A DNA stretch of 64,000 nucleotides from Myxococcota bacterium (lineage in GTDB: Bacteria; Myxococcota_A; UBA9160; UBA4427), in contig OZ252299.1 of NCBI GenBank assembly GCA_965250285.1, positions 4,000,001 through 4,064,000 on the forward strand, given 5' to 3'. A program made the position numbers and the translations under genes. Under the pieces are notes generated by a model. It was not told where the DNA came from. It saw nothing but the letters and a program-made list of their open reading frames with translations, and did not search any database. Below are positions 31,097 through 39,837 of the stretch, one piece after another; position 1 is the first letter of the stretch; each line of letters opens with the position of its first letter.

Positions 31097-32446
31097 CTAG
31101 GCAGGCGCTTTCGTGAAGCTCAGCCGCAGCTCGAGGGTCCCGAGCATGATACCGGGCTGATGGACGAACGTGTTGCCGGGTGCGTACTCGAGCGACTCGA
31201 TCCGGTCCAAGAGTCGCCCCCACGCGAGCTGCTGTTCGAGCCGCGAGATCGGCGCGCCAGGACACGTGCGGGGGCCCTGCGAGAACGCGAGATGACCGGC
31301 GACGCGCTTGCGGTCGAGATCGAGATCGTACGGGCACTCGTACTGATCTGGATCGACGTTGCCGGCGCCGAAGCGCAGGTGCAGCAGCGAGCCAGCGGGG
31401 ACCTCGACACCCTGGAACACCTCGTCGCGGGTGGTGATGCGCGTCGATAGCCCCTGGGTCGGCGCGCGCAGCCGCATCGCCTCTTCGGTGAAGGCGCGAA
31501 TCTTCGACCGATCTCCGCGCAGCGTGCGCATCAGCTCGGGGTCGTCGCACAGCAGCTGTGCCTGTTGCTCGAGCGCGTACTGGGTCGTCTCGAGGCCGCC
31601 GAGCATCATCGCGTAGACGATGCCCGCGATCTCGGCATCGTGCAGCTTGCGGCCGAGCGCCTCGTAGGTCACGTCGGCCAGAAAGCTGATCATGTCGTCG
31701 GCGGGCTGGGCGCGCTTCGCCTCGATCTGCTCGCGCACGTACTCGTCGAAGCCCGCGAGCGCCTGCATCTGTTCGGCCGATTGATCGGGCGTGAGCTGAT
31801 TGCGGTGCCCCCGACCGTGGACGAACGACATGACCATCGCGGTGCCCCAATCGGCCAGCCGCGGGATGTCCTCGGCCGGAAACCCGAGCACGTGTGCGGC
31901 GACGTGCTGGGGGAGCGGCCGCGCGAACTCGCCGACGAATTCGACCTCACCGCGATCGATGAACGCGTCGATCAACTCGTCCGCAGCGCGCACGATCATC
32001 TCTTCGTGCCGGGTCGAACCCGGGCCGACGAAGGGATCGGTCAGCTCCAGCTTGTGCGTGCGATACAGGGCCTGGGTGGGACGCAGAGTCGCCATCGAGG
32101 CCAGCATCGTGCCGAACGCGACGGGAAAGTGCGGTTCGCCGCCGTCGGCGTAGGCCTGCTCGACCTGCGGGCGCATCGCCTCGACCGCCAGCGTGATGGT
32201 CGCTCGAAAGCGCTCGGGATCCTTCACCACTCGGGCGATGTCCGAATACTTCGTGAGCACATACCCGTCGGTGCCCGGCGTCAGCCCCTCGCCCTCGAGC
32301 TTCTGCACCGGCGCCTGCTCGTGCAGGATCGGATACGCGTCGTACCAGTGTTCCTGGCTGCCGGCACCGAACAGATCCACGTCATCGAGGTGGACGGGGC
32401 ACTTCATCGGGCCAGCGGCGTGCTTCGGTGTCTTGGTCGACTTCAT
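31097..32446 (-). CDS. Cytochrome P450
   Basis: I-helix GGLETT, EEAMR (ExxR), heme motif FSQGPRTCPG. Confidence 0.93.
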   Translation of the reverse strand: MKSTKTPKHAAGPMKCPVHLDDVDLFGAGSQEHWYDAYPILHEQAPVQKLEGEGLTPGTDGYVLTKYSDIARVVKDPERFRATITLAVEAMRPQVEQAYADGGEPHFPVAFGTMLASMATLRPTQALYRTHKLELTDPFVGPGSTRHEEMIVRAADELIDAFIDRGEVEFVGEFARPLPQHVAAHVLGFPAEDIPRLADWGTAMVMSFVHGRGHRNQLTPDQSAEQMQALAGFDEYVREQIEAKRAQPADDMISFLADVTYEALGRKLHDAEIAGIVYAMMLGGLETTQYALEQQAQLLCDDPELMRTLRGDRSKIRAFTEEAMRLRAPTQGLSTRITTRDEVFQGVEVPAGSLLHLRFGAGNVDPDQYECPYDLDLDRKRVAGHLAFSQGPRTCPGAPISRLEQQLAWGRLLDRIESLEYAPGNTFVHQPGIMLGTLELRLSFTKAPA

Positions 32447-32551
32447 GCTTGGATCGCCTCGTTCCCCCGGTGCAGAGGGTGCGCAGGCCGGCGGCGCCCT
32501 GCAATGCGCCGATCGCGGACGATCGGTGTCCGATCCACCGGGGGCGCGCCC

Positions 32552-33040
32552 TCAGCCGATCGCGTAGACGCGGTAGCCGAGGCCACGGGGCGCGAAGCGC
32601 CCCACGCCGACGCACACCACGTCGTTCAACCACAGGTAGCGTTCATCGCCGGTGCGGAAGATCGGCGTCGTTCGCAGGTAGTAGTCGGCCGGATCGCAGG
32701 CCGCGATGTCGATCGGCCCCTCGAAGGCCGCCTCGGGCAACAGAACGAGCCCCTCGTAGCGGACGTAGATCTTGGCGCCGTCGTGGGTCTCCCAGACGGC
32801 GCGGGCATCGATCTTCATCGAGTGGCGACCATCGTTCGAGATCGCCGGCCAGTCGCCGCCGCCCGGCAGCACGCGGCCCCGCATGCGCGGCCCCTCGAAC
32901 TCGCCCTGCTCGATGTAGTCGATCATTGTGGCGCCGAAGGGCGAGTCGATGCGACCGGGACCGTCACTGCGCGCCGTCACGCGCACGTCGCAGATCGCCT
33001 CGCCGCGCAGCTCGAGGGGTTCGAAGAAGGCTCGGTCCAT
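32552..33040 (-). CDS. DUF3237-family protein
   Basis: GEFEGPRMRGRVLPGGGDW, IDAR...THDGA.IY, YLRTTPIF.T...Y.WLN; start may be 33070. Confidence 0.8.
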   Translation of the reverse strand: MDRAFFEPLELRGEAICDVRVTARSDGPGRIDSPFGATMIDYIEQGEFEGPRMRGRVLPGGGDWPAISNDGRHSMKIDARAVWETHDGAKIYVRYEGLVLLPEAAFEGPIDIAACDPADYYLRTTPIFRTGDERYLWLNDVVCVGVGRFAPRGLGYRVYAIG

Positions 33041-33119
33041 CGCACGGCTCCGTTCGACGTCGGCCCACATGGGCGCGGGTACACGTGCAGGGTAACTTGC
33101 CGGGACCGAGGAGGGTGGC

Positions 33120-33494
33120 ATGTCGGACGTCGCCGAGCAGAACAAGCAGCGCGTGCGCGAGATCATCGACCGGATCGTGAACCAAGGCGATGTCGATCTG
33201 GCGGACGCGTACTACCGCGAAGACTACATCCAGCACAATCCACTCGTCGCTCAGGGCCGCGCCGGCCTCAAGACGCTGCTGCGCCAGATGCATGCTTCCG
33301 GCAAACCGCGTCAGGCCGAGATCGTGCTGATCAACGCCGAGGACGACATGGTGTGGGCGCTGCTTCGCTGGTCGGGCGGCGACGTGGCCCCGGGCACGCC
33401 GGCCCTGCAGGTCTCGACCGAGGTGTTTCGCGTCGAAGACGGCATGATGGCCGAACACTGGGATTGCATTCAGGTCGGCCCCGAGCCCGGCTGA
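33120..33494 (+). CDS. SnoaL-like/NTF2-family protein
   Basis: NKQRV...DYIQHNP...FRVEDG..AEHWD. Confidence 0.85.
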   Translation: MSDVAEQNKQRVREIIDRIVNQGDVDLADAYYREDYIQHNPLVAQGRAGLKTLLRQMHASGKPRQAEIVLINAEDDMVWALLRWSGGDVAPGTPALQVSTEVFRVEDGMMAEHWDCIQVGPEPG

Positions 33495-33525
33495 CGGACC
33501 AGACCCACCCATCGAGGAAACGAAC

Positions 33526-33930
33526 ATGGCCACGTTGCTCGTCCACATCCGTGTCAAGCCAGGCGCCGAGCGCGACTTCGAGGACATCGCGCGCGTGCTC
33601 TACCGCGAGACCCACGCCCACGACACCGGCTGCCTTCGATACGAGTACTGGCGCGGATCCGAGCCCCGGCTCTACTACTCGCTGCTGTCGTTCGACGACT
33701 ACCACGCGTTCATGCGGCACCAGACGAGCGATCACCACGAAGAGGAGTCGCCGCGCATCGGCGAGCTCTGCGAAGACCTGAAGCTCGAGTGGGTCGACCC
33801 GGTGCCCGGCGCCTGCGAAGCCTCTCCCACCGAGATGCAGCCCCTGCCCGACGGTGCCGACGAGAAGACCGAGCTCTATCACCGCATCTTCGCGGCCGTC
33901 GTGCAGGAATGGTGGCCGCGCCCGGCCTGA
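33526..33930 (+). CDS. Antibiotic biosynthesis monooxygenase-like protein
   Basis: VHIRVKPG.E.DFE...GCLRYEY...HQTSDHH. Confidence 0.75.
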   Translation: MATLLVHIRVKPGAERDFEDIARVLYRETHAHDTGCLRYEYWRGSEPRLYYSLLSFDDYHAFMRHQTSDHHEEESPRIGELCEDLKLEWVDPVPGACEASPTEMQPLPDGADEKTELYHRIFAAVVQEWWPRPA

Positions 33931-34055
33931 GACGTTTCGACCCGCCGCCGGATCGCTTTCGGTAGACTCATTGCCAACGACCGTGCGCCGGTCGCGCGCC
34001 CACTCGAGGCGCGGGCCATGCCGATCCCCATGCCAGACAACCGGAGAGCCTCCCC

Positions 34056-34520
34056 ATGCCCGGATCGACCCTTCGCCTTGCACTGCTCTGCGTCGTCGCG
34101 CTCGCGTCGGCGCTCTGCCTCGCCTCGATCGCGTCGAGTCAAGACATCACGATGGGCAACGGCGAGAAGAGTGCGATCGACGTAGAGGGCATTGAGCGCG
34201 AAGGCCGCGTGCTCGAGTTCGACGAGGTGACCCTCGAGAAGCCGGGGTGGCTCGTGCTGCATCCGTTCAAGGACGGCAAGCCGAACGGGAAGATCTACGT
34301 CGGCGCAACGTATCTGCCGGCCGGCACCCACGAAGACGTCGAGGTCACGGTACAGACCGCCCCCGAGCCCGAGACCGGCACGATGTACGTGATCATGCTC
34401 CACGAGGACGTGAACGACGATCAGACCTTCGACTTCGTCTTCGTCGACGAGAACAACGTGGCAGACAAGGCGGTCTTCGAGGGGACGACGATGATCGCCC
34501 ACATCATCGCAGCGCCCTGA
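34056..34520 (+). CDS. Secreted acidic hypothetical protein
   Basis: Signal peptide, then GWLVLH...LPAGTHEDVEV...MLHEDVNDDQTFDF; strong GC3 bias. Confidence 0.7.
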   Translation: MPGSTLRLALLCVVALASALCLASIASSQDITMGNGEKSAIDVEGIEREGRVLEFDEVTLEKPGWLVLHPFKDGKPNGKIYVGATYLPAGTHEDVEVTVQTAPEPETGTMYVIMLHEDVNDDQTFDFVFVDENNVADKAVFEGTTMIAHIIAAP

Positions 34521-34533
34521 GACGATCGCGCGA

Positions 34534-35670
34534 TCAGATCGGCTGACGCGCCATCTTGCGCAGGGCGCCGAGCTTCGCCGAGTCGGGGACGAGACGCAGC
34601 ACGGCGTCGCGGGCTCGGCACGTCCACCGACCCTCGAGCTGCCCGACCTGCCCCAGTCGACGCGACTGATTCTGCACCCAGCGGACACGCGAGATGCGGC
34701 GGTCGTAGAGCCGAGGCAGCAGCGCGTCGACCGAGAGCCGCTCCTGCAATAGATCGGCGAGGACCCAGGCGTCTTCGAGCGCCATCGCGGCGCCCTGGCC
34801 GATGTTGGGCGTCATGGCGTGCGCGGCGTCCCCGAGCAGGAGCACCCGGCCAGCGAACCACGGCCCGTCGACCCGCTCTTCGAGGTCGTTGTGAATCAGC
34901 TCCTCGGGCTTGCGCAGCGCGTCGAGCACGGCCGGGATCTGCCCACCGAACTCGGCAAACGTCGCTCGAAAACGCTCGATGCGACCCTCGGGCGGGTCGG
35001 GCCGGCCGCGCGGCGCGTTCGCGGTGGCGAAGCAGTAGCTGCGGCCGCCGCTGATCGGCACGACGCCGAAGCGCTTGCCTCGACCCCACATCTCGCGCAG
35101 CGCGACCTCGTCAGATTCGAGGTCGACGACACACCGCCAGCACGTGTAGCCGGAATACGAGAGCGCCTCGGGCCCGAAGAGCAGCTCGCGTACTCGTGAT
35201 CGCACGCCGTCGGCGCCAATGACGAGCCCGAAACGCTCCTCTCGGCCGTCGGTGAGCCGAACGTCCACCGCATCGCCGCGCTGCTCGATCTCGTCGACGC
35301 TCGTGCCGAGCGAGATCGGCACGCCCTTCGCCGCCTCGAGCAGCACGTCGTGCAGCTCGGCGCGATGCAACGCAATGGTCGGGCCGAACTCGGGCTCGAG
35401 GAGCGCGAAGTCGGTGCTGCCGATCGGCCGGTCGAGGTGGTCGGTGATCGCACCGCGGCCGAGCGCCGTGCCGACTTCGACAATGCGGTCTGCGAGGCCG
35501 AGCTCACGCATCACGCGCATGGCGTTCACACCGAGCACGATGCCGGCCCCGATGGGTGCCCAGGCCTCGGTGCGTTCAACGACTTCGCAGGGGACGCCCG
35601 CGCGCGCGAGGCCCACGGCCGTCGCCAGGCCGCCGATCCCGCCCCCGACGATGAGTGTGCGCTCGGTCAT
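34534..35670 (-). CDS. FAD-dependent monooxygenase (salicylate hydroxylase-like class A)
   Basis: IVGGGIGGL, IGADGVRS, LLGDAAHAMTPNIGQGA; ATGA overlap with the TetR stop. Confidence 0.92.
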   Translation of the reverse strand: MTERTLIVGGGIGGLATAVGLARAGVPCEVVERTEAWAPIGAGIVLGVNAMRVMRELGLADRIVEVGTALGRGAITDHLDRPIGSTDFALLEPEFGPTIALHRAELHDVLLEAAKGVPISLGTSVDEIEQRGDAVDVRLTDGREERFGLVIGADGVRSRVRELLFGPEALSYSGYTCWRCVVDLESDEVALREMWGRGKRFGVVPISGGRSYCFATANAPRGRPDPPEGRIERFRATFAEFGGQIPAVLDALRKPEELIHNDLEERVDGPWFAGRVLLLGDAAHAMTPNIGQGAAMALEDAWVLADLLQERLSVDALLPRLYDRRISRVRWVQNQSRRLGQVGQLEGRWTCRARDAVLRLVPDSAKLGALRKMARQPI

Positions 35671-36365
35671 TGTGACTCTCCCCTTCTTCTCTTTCGTCTC
35701 ACTCGTTTCTTCGCGGGTTCGGTCACCGCGATCCCCTGGAGCTGGAGCTCCAGCGAACGGCGCAGACCGCGTTCGGCGGCCGTTTGCCCGACGGCGCCGG
35801 TGCCCAGCCAGAGCTGAACCCAGAGCACGTAGTGCGCGCCGAGCGCTTGCGTGAGCTCGGCGACCGAGCAGTCGCCCCGCAGCTCGCCGCCTGCCACGCC
35901 GTCTTCGACGATCCGACGCACGCGACCGAAGAACTCGGCCGACTGCCGCTTCATGCCGTCGGTCTGATCGGGTCGGTAGAGCAGATCCTGCACGAAGACG
36001 CTGGCGAGCGGTCGATCGCGGCCGTACATGCGAAGCAACGCCCCGAACAGCGTCATCGCACCTTCGAGCACGCTCTCGCCGGGGCGCAGGCCCGTCGGCA
36101 CGCGCGCGAAGACGCGGGTCGCGAGGGGCTCGAAGATCAGGAAGAGCAGCTCGCGCTTGTCCTTCACATACAGAAAGAGCGTGCCCGTCGCGATCCCGGC
36201 GTGCTCGCAGATCTGGCGCCCCGTCGTCGCTTCGAAGCCCTGCTCGCGAAAGAGCTCGGTCGCCGCCGCAATGATGCGCGCGAGCTTCTCGCGCTTGTTC
36301 TGCTCGCGGCGCCCTTCCCCGGCGCGTGAGGCGGCGGGGGTCGGCCTTGCAGCTGTCGGGGAAAT
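35667..36365 (-). CDS. TetR/AcrR regulator (start codon uncertain, possibly ATT)
   Basis: RREQNKREKLARIIAAATELFREQGFEATT..ICEHAGIATGTLFLYVKDK HTH. Confidence 0.85.
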   Translation of the reverse strand: MSPTAARPTPAASRAGEGRREQNKREKLARIIAAATELFREQGFEATTGRQICEHAGIATGTLFLYVKDKRELLFLIFEPLATRVFARVPTGLRPGESVLEGAMTLFGALLRMYGRDRPLASVFVQDLLYRPDQTDGMKRQSAEFFGRVRRIVEDGVAGGELRGDCSVAELTQALGAHYVLWVQLWLGTGAVGQTAAERGLRRSLELQLQGIAVTEPAKKRVRRKRRRGESQ

Positions 36366-36380
36366 CGGCGGGCCTCCATA

Positions 36381-36402
36381 AAAAATGATCGTGATCAGTT
36401 TT
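36381..36402. promoter_or_regulatory. AT-rich palindrome, probable TetR auto-operator
   Basis: AAAAATGATC-GT-GATCAGTTTT (9/10 arm match) immediately upstream of the tetR. Confidence 0.6.
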
Positions 36403-36881
36403 AGCACAGCCGTGCCGGCGCGCACACGCGGGGCGCGCCGAAGGCACGCGAGCGCCGCTCCCCCGACGCGCGCGCCGACTCGACGGCAATGACGCATTGC
36501 ACCGCAAACGACGGGCGATGGAGGCATTGCGCATGTCAACGAATCGCGTTCGTATTCGAATGTGCGATCCCGCCTCGGCGTTGAGGTCGATCAGAGACGA
36601 GAGTGGGGGTTTTCACCGAGCGATGACGAAGAGAGTGTCACCCGACGCACGCGCTTCGCGAAACGTTGTAGTGACACCCCTTCACTCCACCGTTCATCCT
36701 GATCGATGCATACGCGACAGTACGCCGCTCCGCGCAAGTCCAATGAAACTCCATTGTGTCACCTCTTGCCGTGCGCGCGCTTCCGACGTAATCGTTCGAA
36801 CGGGGAAAGTCTTGTTGTTTCGAGGCCATGGCCGGTCGACAGCGCTTTCGGTCACCGCGCACGTGGTGTGGGGGAGGCACG

Positions 36882-39818
36882 ATGGTCACTCGCGTCGTCT
36901 GCGGCTCACGCTCGGTTCACTCCAACATCATTCGCACATGCTTCACGGTGCTGTGCCTGTTGGCCCTCGCGATCCCCATCGGCGACGCGATGGCGCAAGA
37001 CCCCGAAGATGTCCCGGTCGAGATCGACGAGGTCACGGCCGAAGAGATCCCCGAGGTCGACGAGTTCGATGAGATCGACGAGGTCGTCGACATCGATGAC
37101 GACCCGACCGCCGACGACATCCCCGCCGCCGATCAAGCCAACATCGGCGGAGAAGAGCCGAGCGGCCGGGGCATCGAAACCATCACCGTGACCGCGCGCA
37201 AGCGCGAAGACGACCTTCAGGACGTCCCGATCCCGATGACCGCCTTCTCGGGCCAGACCCTCGACGTCAACCGCATCGAAGACACGCTCGATCTCCAGTT
37301 CAACGTGCCGAACCTTCTCTTCAGCCGGACGAACTTCACGGGCTCGAACCTGCAGATTCGCGGCATCGGCAATCAGGTCGTCGCCGCGAGCGGAGAACCT
37401 GCGATCGGTATCCACGTCAATGAAGTCCCGCTGACCGCTTCTCGGCTCTTCGAGCAGGAGTTCTTCGACATCGAGCGCATCGAGGTGCTGCGCGGTCCCC
37501 AGGGCACGCTCTTCGGACGCAATGCGACGGGTGGCGCGTTCAATATCTACACGCGCAAGCCCACTGATGAGTACGAGGCCACTGGCGAGGTCTCGGCCGG
37601 CAACTACAAGTCGGCCCGCGTGAAGGGTGCGGTGAACATTCCGCTCACCGACAGCCTGCGCACGCGCGTCGCCGGCATGTACCTGCGACGCGACGGGTTC
37701 ATCGAGAATCTCAATACCGGCAACGACATCGACGACCGAAGCCTCTACGGCGTGCGCGGCAGCATCATCTGGGAGCTGACCGACAACTTCTCGATGGACG
37801 GCATGGTCTCGTGGTTCAAAGAGAACGACAAGCGCTCTCGGATCGGCAAGCAGCTGTGTACGAAGGACGACCGCCCAGGCGTCTACAGCCTCGGCTGCAC
37901 GGACGCGCCACCGACGACCGAGAGCGTCGCGAGCTATGCGACGCTCGGCGGCATCCTCGAGCAGCACACGATTCCGCTGCTCGGCCCGTTCTTCGGTCCC
38001 CCCTTCGACACGCTGCAGCCGCTCTACACCCCCGGCTACGACCTGCCAGCGATTGGCGTCGTCTCGGACCCCTTCGATGCCGAAGGCTTCAACCCGCCCG
38101 ACCTGCGACAGCACTTCTCGCGGATCGACCCCAGCTACGAGGCGGACGAGCTCTTTGCGAATCTCGCCTTCAACTTCGATCAGGACTACGGCTCATTCAA
38201 GGCCCTCTTCGGGTACCAGAAGACCTCGATTCACACCGTGCAGGACTACAACATGGGGTCGCCGACGATCCCGTACAACAATGCCGCCGGCCTCGCCGCG
38301 GCCATCGCGCTCGCCGGCATGACGAACTGCACGTCGGCCTCGGGCAACCCCGGCTTCACCGACGATCGCTTCGGCTGGGACTTCGGCTGCGCCGACCGCA
38401 GCTTCGCTCAGGACAACTCGGATGCGGAGGCGGTGCAGGTGAGCGCCGAAGGCCGCTTCACGTCGGACTTCGACGGCCCGTTCAACTTCACGGCCGGCAT
38501 GATCTACACCTACTTCAGCGTCAGCACCGACTACCGCGTCTTCTTCTCGGGCGCCGAGCTGGCGTCGCGCATCTGGTCGCTGATCGATACGTCATACGAC
38601 GTCGAGAACCTGCGGCACTTCAACAACGAGTCCGATCCGGCCCGCACGAAGTCGTTCGGCCTCTTCGCCGAGGGCGAGTACGAGTTTGGCGAGAGCTGGA
38701 CCTTCACCGGCGGCCTCCGGTACACCAACGACCAGAAGGAACAGCGCTCCCGCAACTACCTGCTGAACGGGTTCCTCACCGGCAGCACGAGCTCGCTGCC
38801 TCAGTTCGAGAAGCAGGAGGCGTCGTGGAACGAGGTCACGGGCCGCGCGATCATCCAGAAGGATCTCGACCTCGACTTCGCCGATCAAGCCAACGTCTTC
38901 CTATCATACTCACGCGGCTACAAGCCCGGCGGCTTCAATCCGCCGGCCGCGGCGGATTTCCCCGGCACGAGCGAGACGTTCGACCCCGAGTACATCAACG
39001 CCTACGAGCTGGGCACCAAGGCGCGGTGGCTCGAGAACACGCTGCAAACCAACGCGAGCGTGTTCTTCTATGACTACAGGGGCTATCAGATCTCGAAGAT
39101 CGTGAACCGCACGTCGGTGAACGAGAACGTCGATGCGTTTGTCTGGGGCGCCGAGCTCGAGCTCGTCTATGAGGTCATCGAGAACTTCTTCTTCACGACG
39201 AACTTCGCCTACCTCGGCACCAAGATTCGCGATGCCGAGTCGCTCGATCCGGCCGATCCGGTCGGGGGCGAGCCGGGTTGGGCTGCGATCAAGCGGCTTG
39301 ACAACGCATCGAACATCGTGTGTGTATCTGCGGATGGCATCAACTGCGACATTCCTCCGCCCGCAGAGGGCTCAGCCGAGCCCTTTTTCCCGGCCACATA
39401 CGAGGACGCAGATGGCAATCTGAACCCAGGCTACGCAGAAGGCTTTGCCAAAGACCTGAACGGCAATGAGCTGCCGAACGCGCCCAAATTCAACATCAAC
39501 ATCGGCGCGAGCTACACGTTCAAGCTGATCGTCCCCGGCGAGTTCACACCGCGCATCAGCTACTACTGGCAGAGCGAGATGTACGGCCGGCTCTTCAATA
39601 GCGAGCGCGACAAGATCGGAGCATGGTCACAGGCGAACGCCGGGCTTCGCTGGAACGACGACGAGAACCGCGTCTGGGTCGATTTCTGGATCCAGAACTT
39701 CACGAACAACAACGACATCACGACGCAGTACTTCACCGACGCGAGCTCGGGCAACTTCACGAACGTGTTCCTGCTCGACCCGCTGACGGTCGGCGGCACG
39801 GTCGGCTTCAGCTTCTAG
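36882..39818 (+). CDS. TonB-dependent outer-membrane receptor
   Basis: Signal peptide, TonB box ETITVTARKRE, plug IEVLRGPQGTLFGRNATGGA, SRGYKPGGFN, C-terminal Phe; GGAGG SD. Confidence 0.95.
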   Translation: MVTRVVCGSRSVHSNIIRTCFTVLCLLALAIPIGDAMAQDPEDVPVEIDEVTAEEIPEVDEFDEIDEVVDIDDDPTADDIPAADQANIGGEEPSGRGIETITVTARKREDDLQDVPIPMTAFSGQTLDVNRIEDTLDLQFNVPNLLFSRTNFTGSNLQIRGIGNQVVAASGEPAIGIHVNEVPLTASRLFEQEFFDIERIEVLRGPQGTLFGRNATGGAFNIYTRKPTDEYEATGEVSAGNYKSARVKGAVNIPLTDSLRTRVAGMYLRRDGFIENLNTGNDIDDRSLYGVRGSIIWELTDNFSMDGMVSWFKENDKRSRIGKQLCTKDDRPGVYSLGCTDAPPTTESVASYATLGGILEQHTIPLLGPFFGPPFDTLQPLYTPGYDLPAIGVVSDPFDAEGFNPPDLRQHFSRIDPSYEADELFANLAFNFDQDYGSFKALFGYQKTSIHTVQDYNMGSPTIPYNNAAGLAAAIALAGMTNCTSASGNPGFTDDRFGWDFGCADRSFAQDNSDAEAVQVSAEGRFTSDFDGPFNFTAGMIYTYFSVSTDYRVFFSGAELASRIWSLIDTSYDVENLRHFNNESDPARTKSFGLFAEGEYEFGESWTFTGGLRYTNDQKEQRSRNYLLNGFLTGSTSSLPQFEKQEASWNEVTGRAIIQKDLDLDFADQANVFLSYSRGYKPGGFNPPAAADFPGTSETFDPEYINAYELGTKARWLENTLQTNASVFFYDYRGYQISKIVNRTSVNENVDAFVWGAELELVYEVIENFFFTTNFAYLGTKIRDAESLDPADPVGGEPGWAAIKRLDNASNIVCVSADGINCDIPPPAEGSAEPFFPATYEDADGNLNPGYAEGFAKDLNGNELPNAPKFNINIGASYTFKLIVPGEFTPRISYYWQSEMYGRLFNSERDKIGAWSQANAGLRWNDDENRVWVDFWIQNFTNNNDITTQYFTDASSGNFTNVFLLDPLTVGGTVGFSF

Positions 39819-39837
39819 TGGACTGAGCCAGGCCGGC

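Noticed and set aside
36164..36379. 71-aa ORF from ATG 36379 as a leader peptide or true tetR start
   Set aside because: It is out of frame with the HTH and non-coding-like in composition; it would matter only if an indel error exists.
39280..39500. Possible diversity-generating retroelement variable region in the TonB receptor
   Set aside because: No template repeat or reverse transcriptase is visible in the window.
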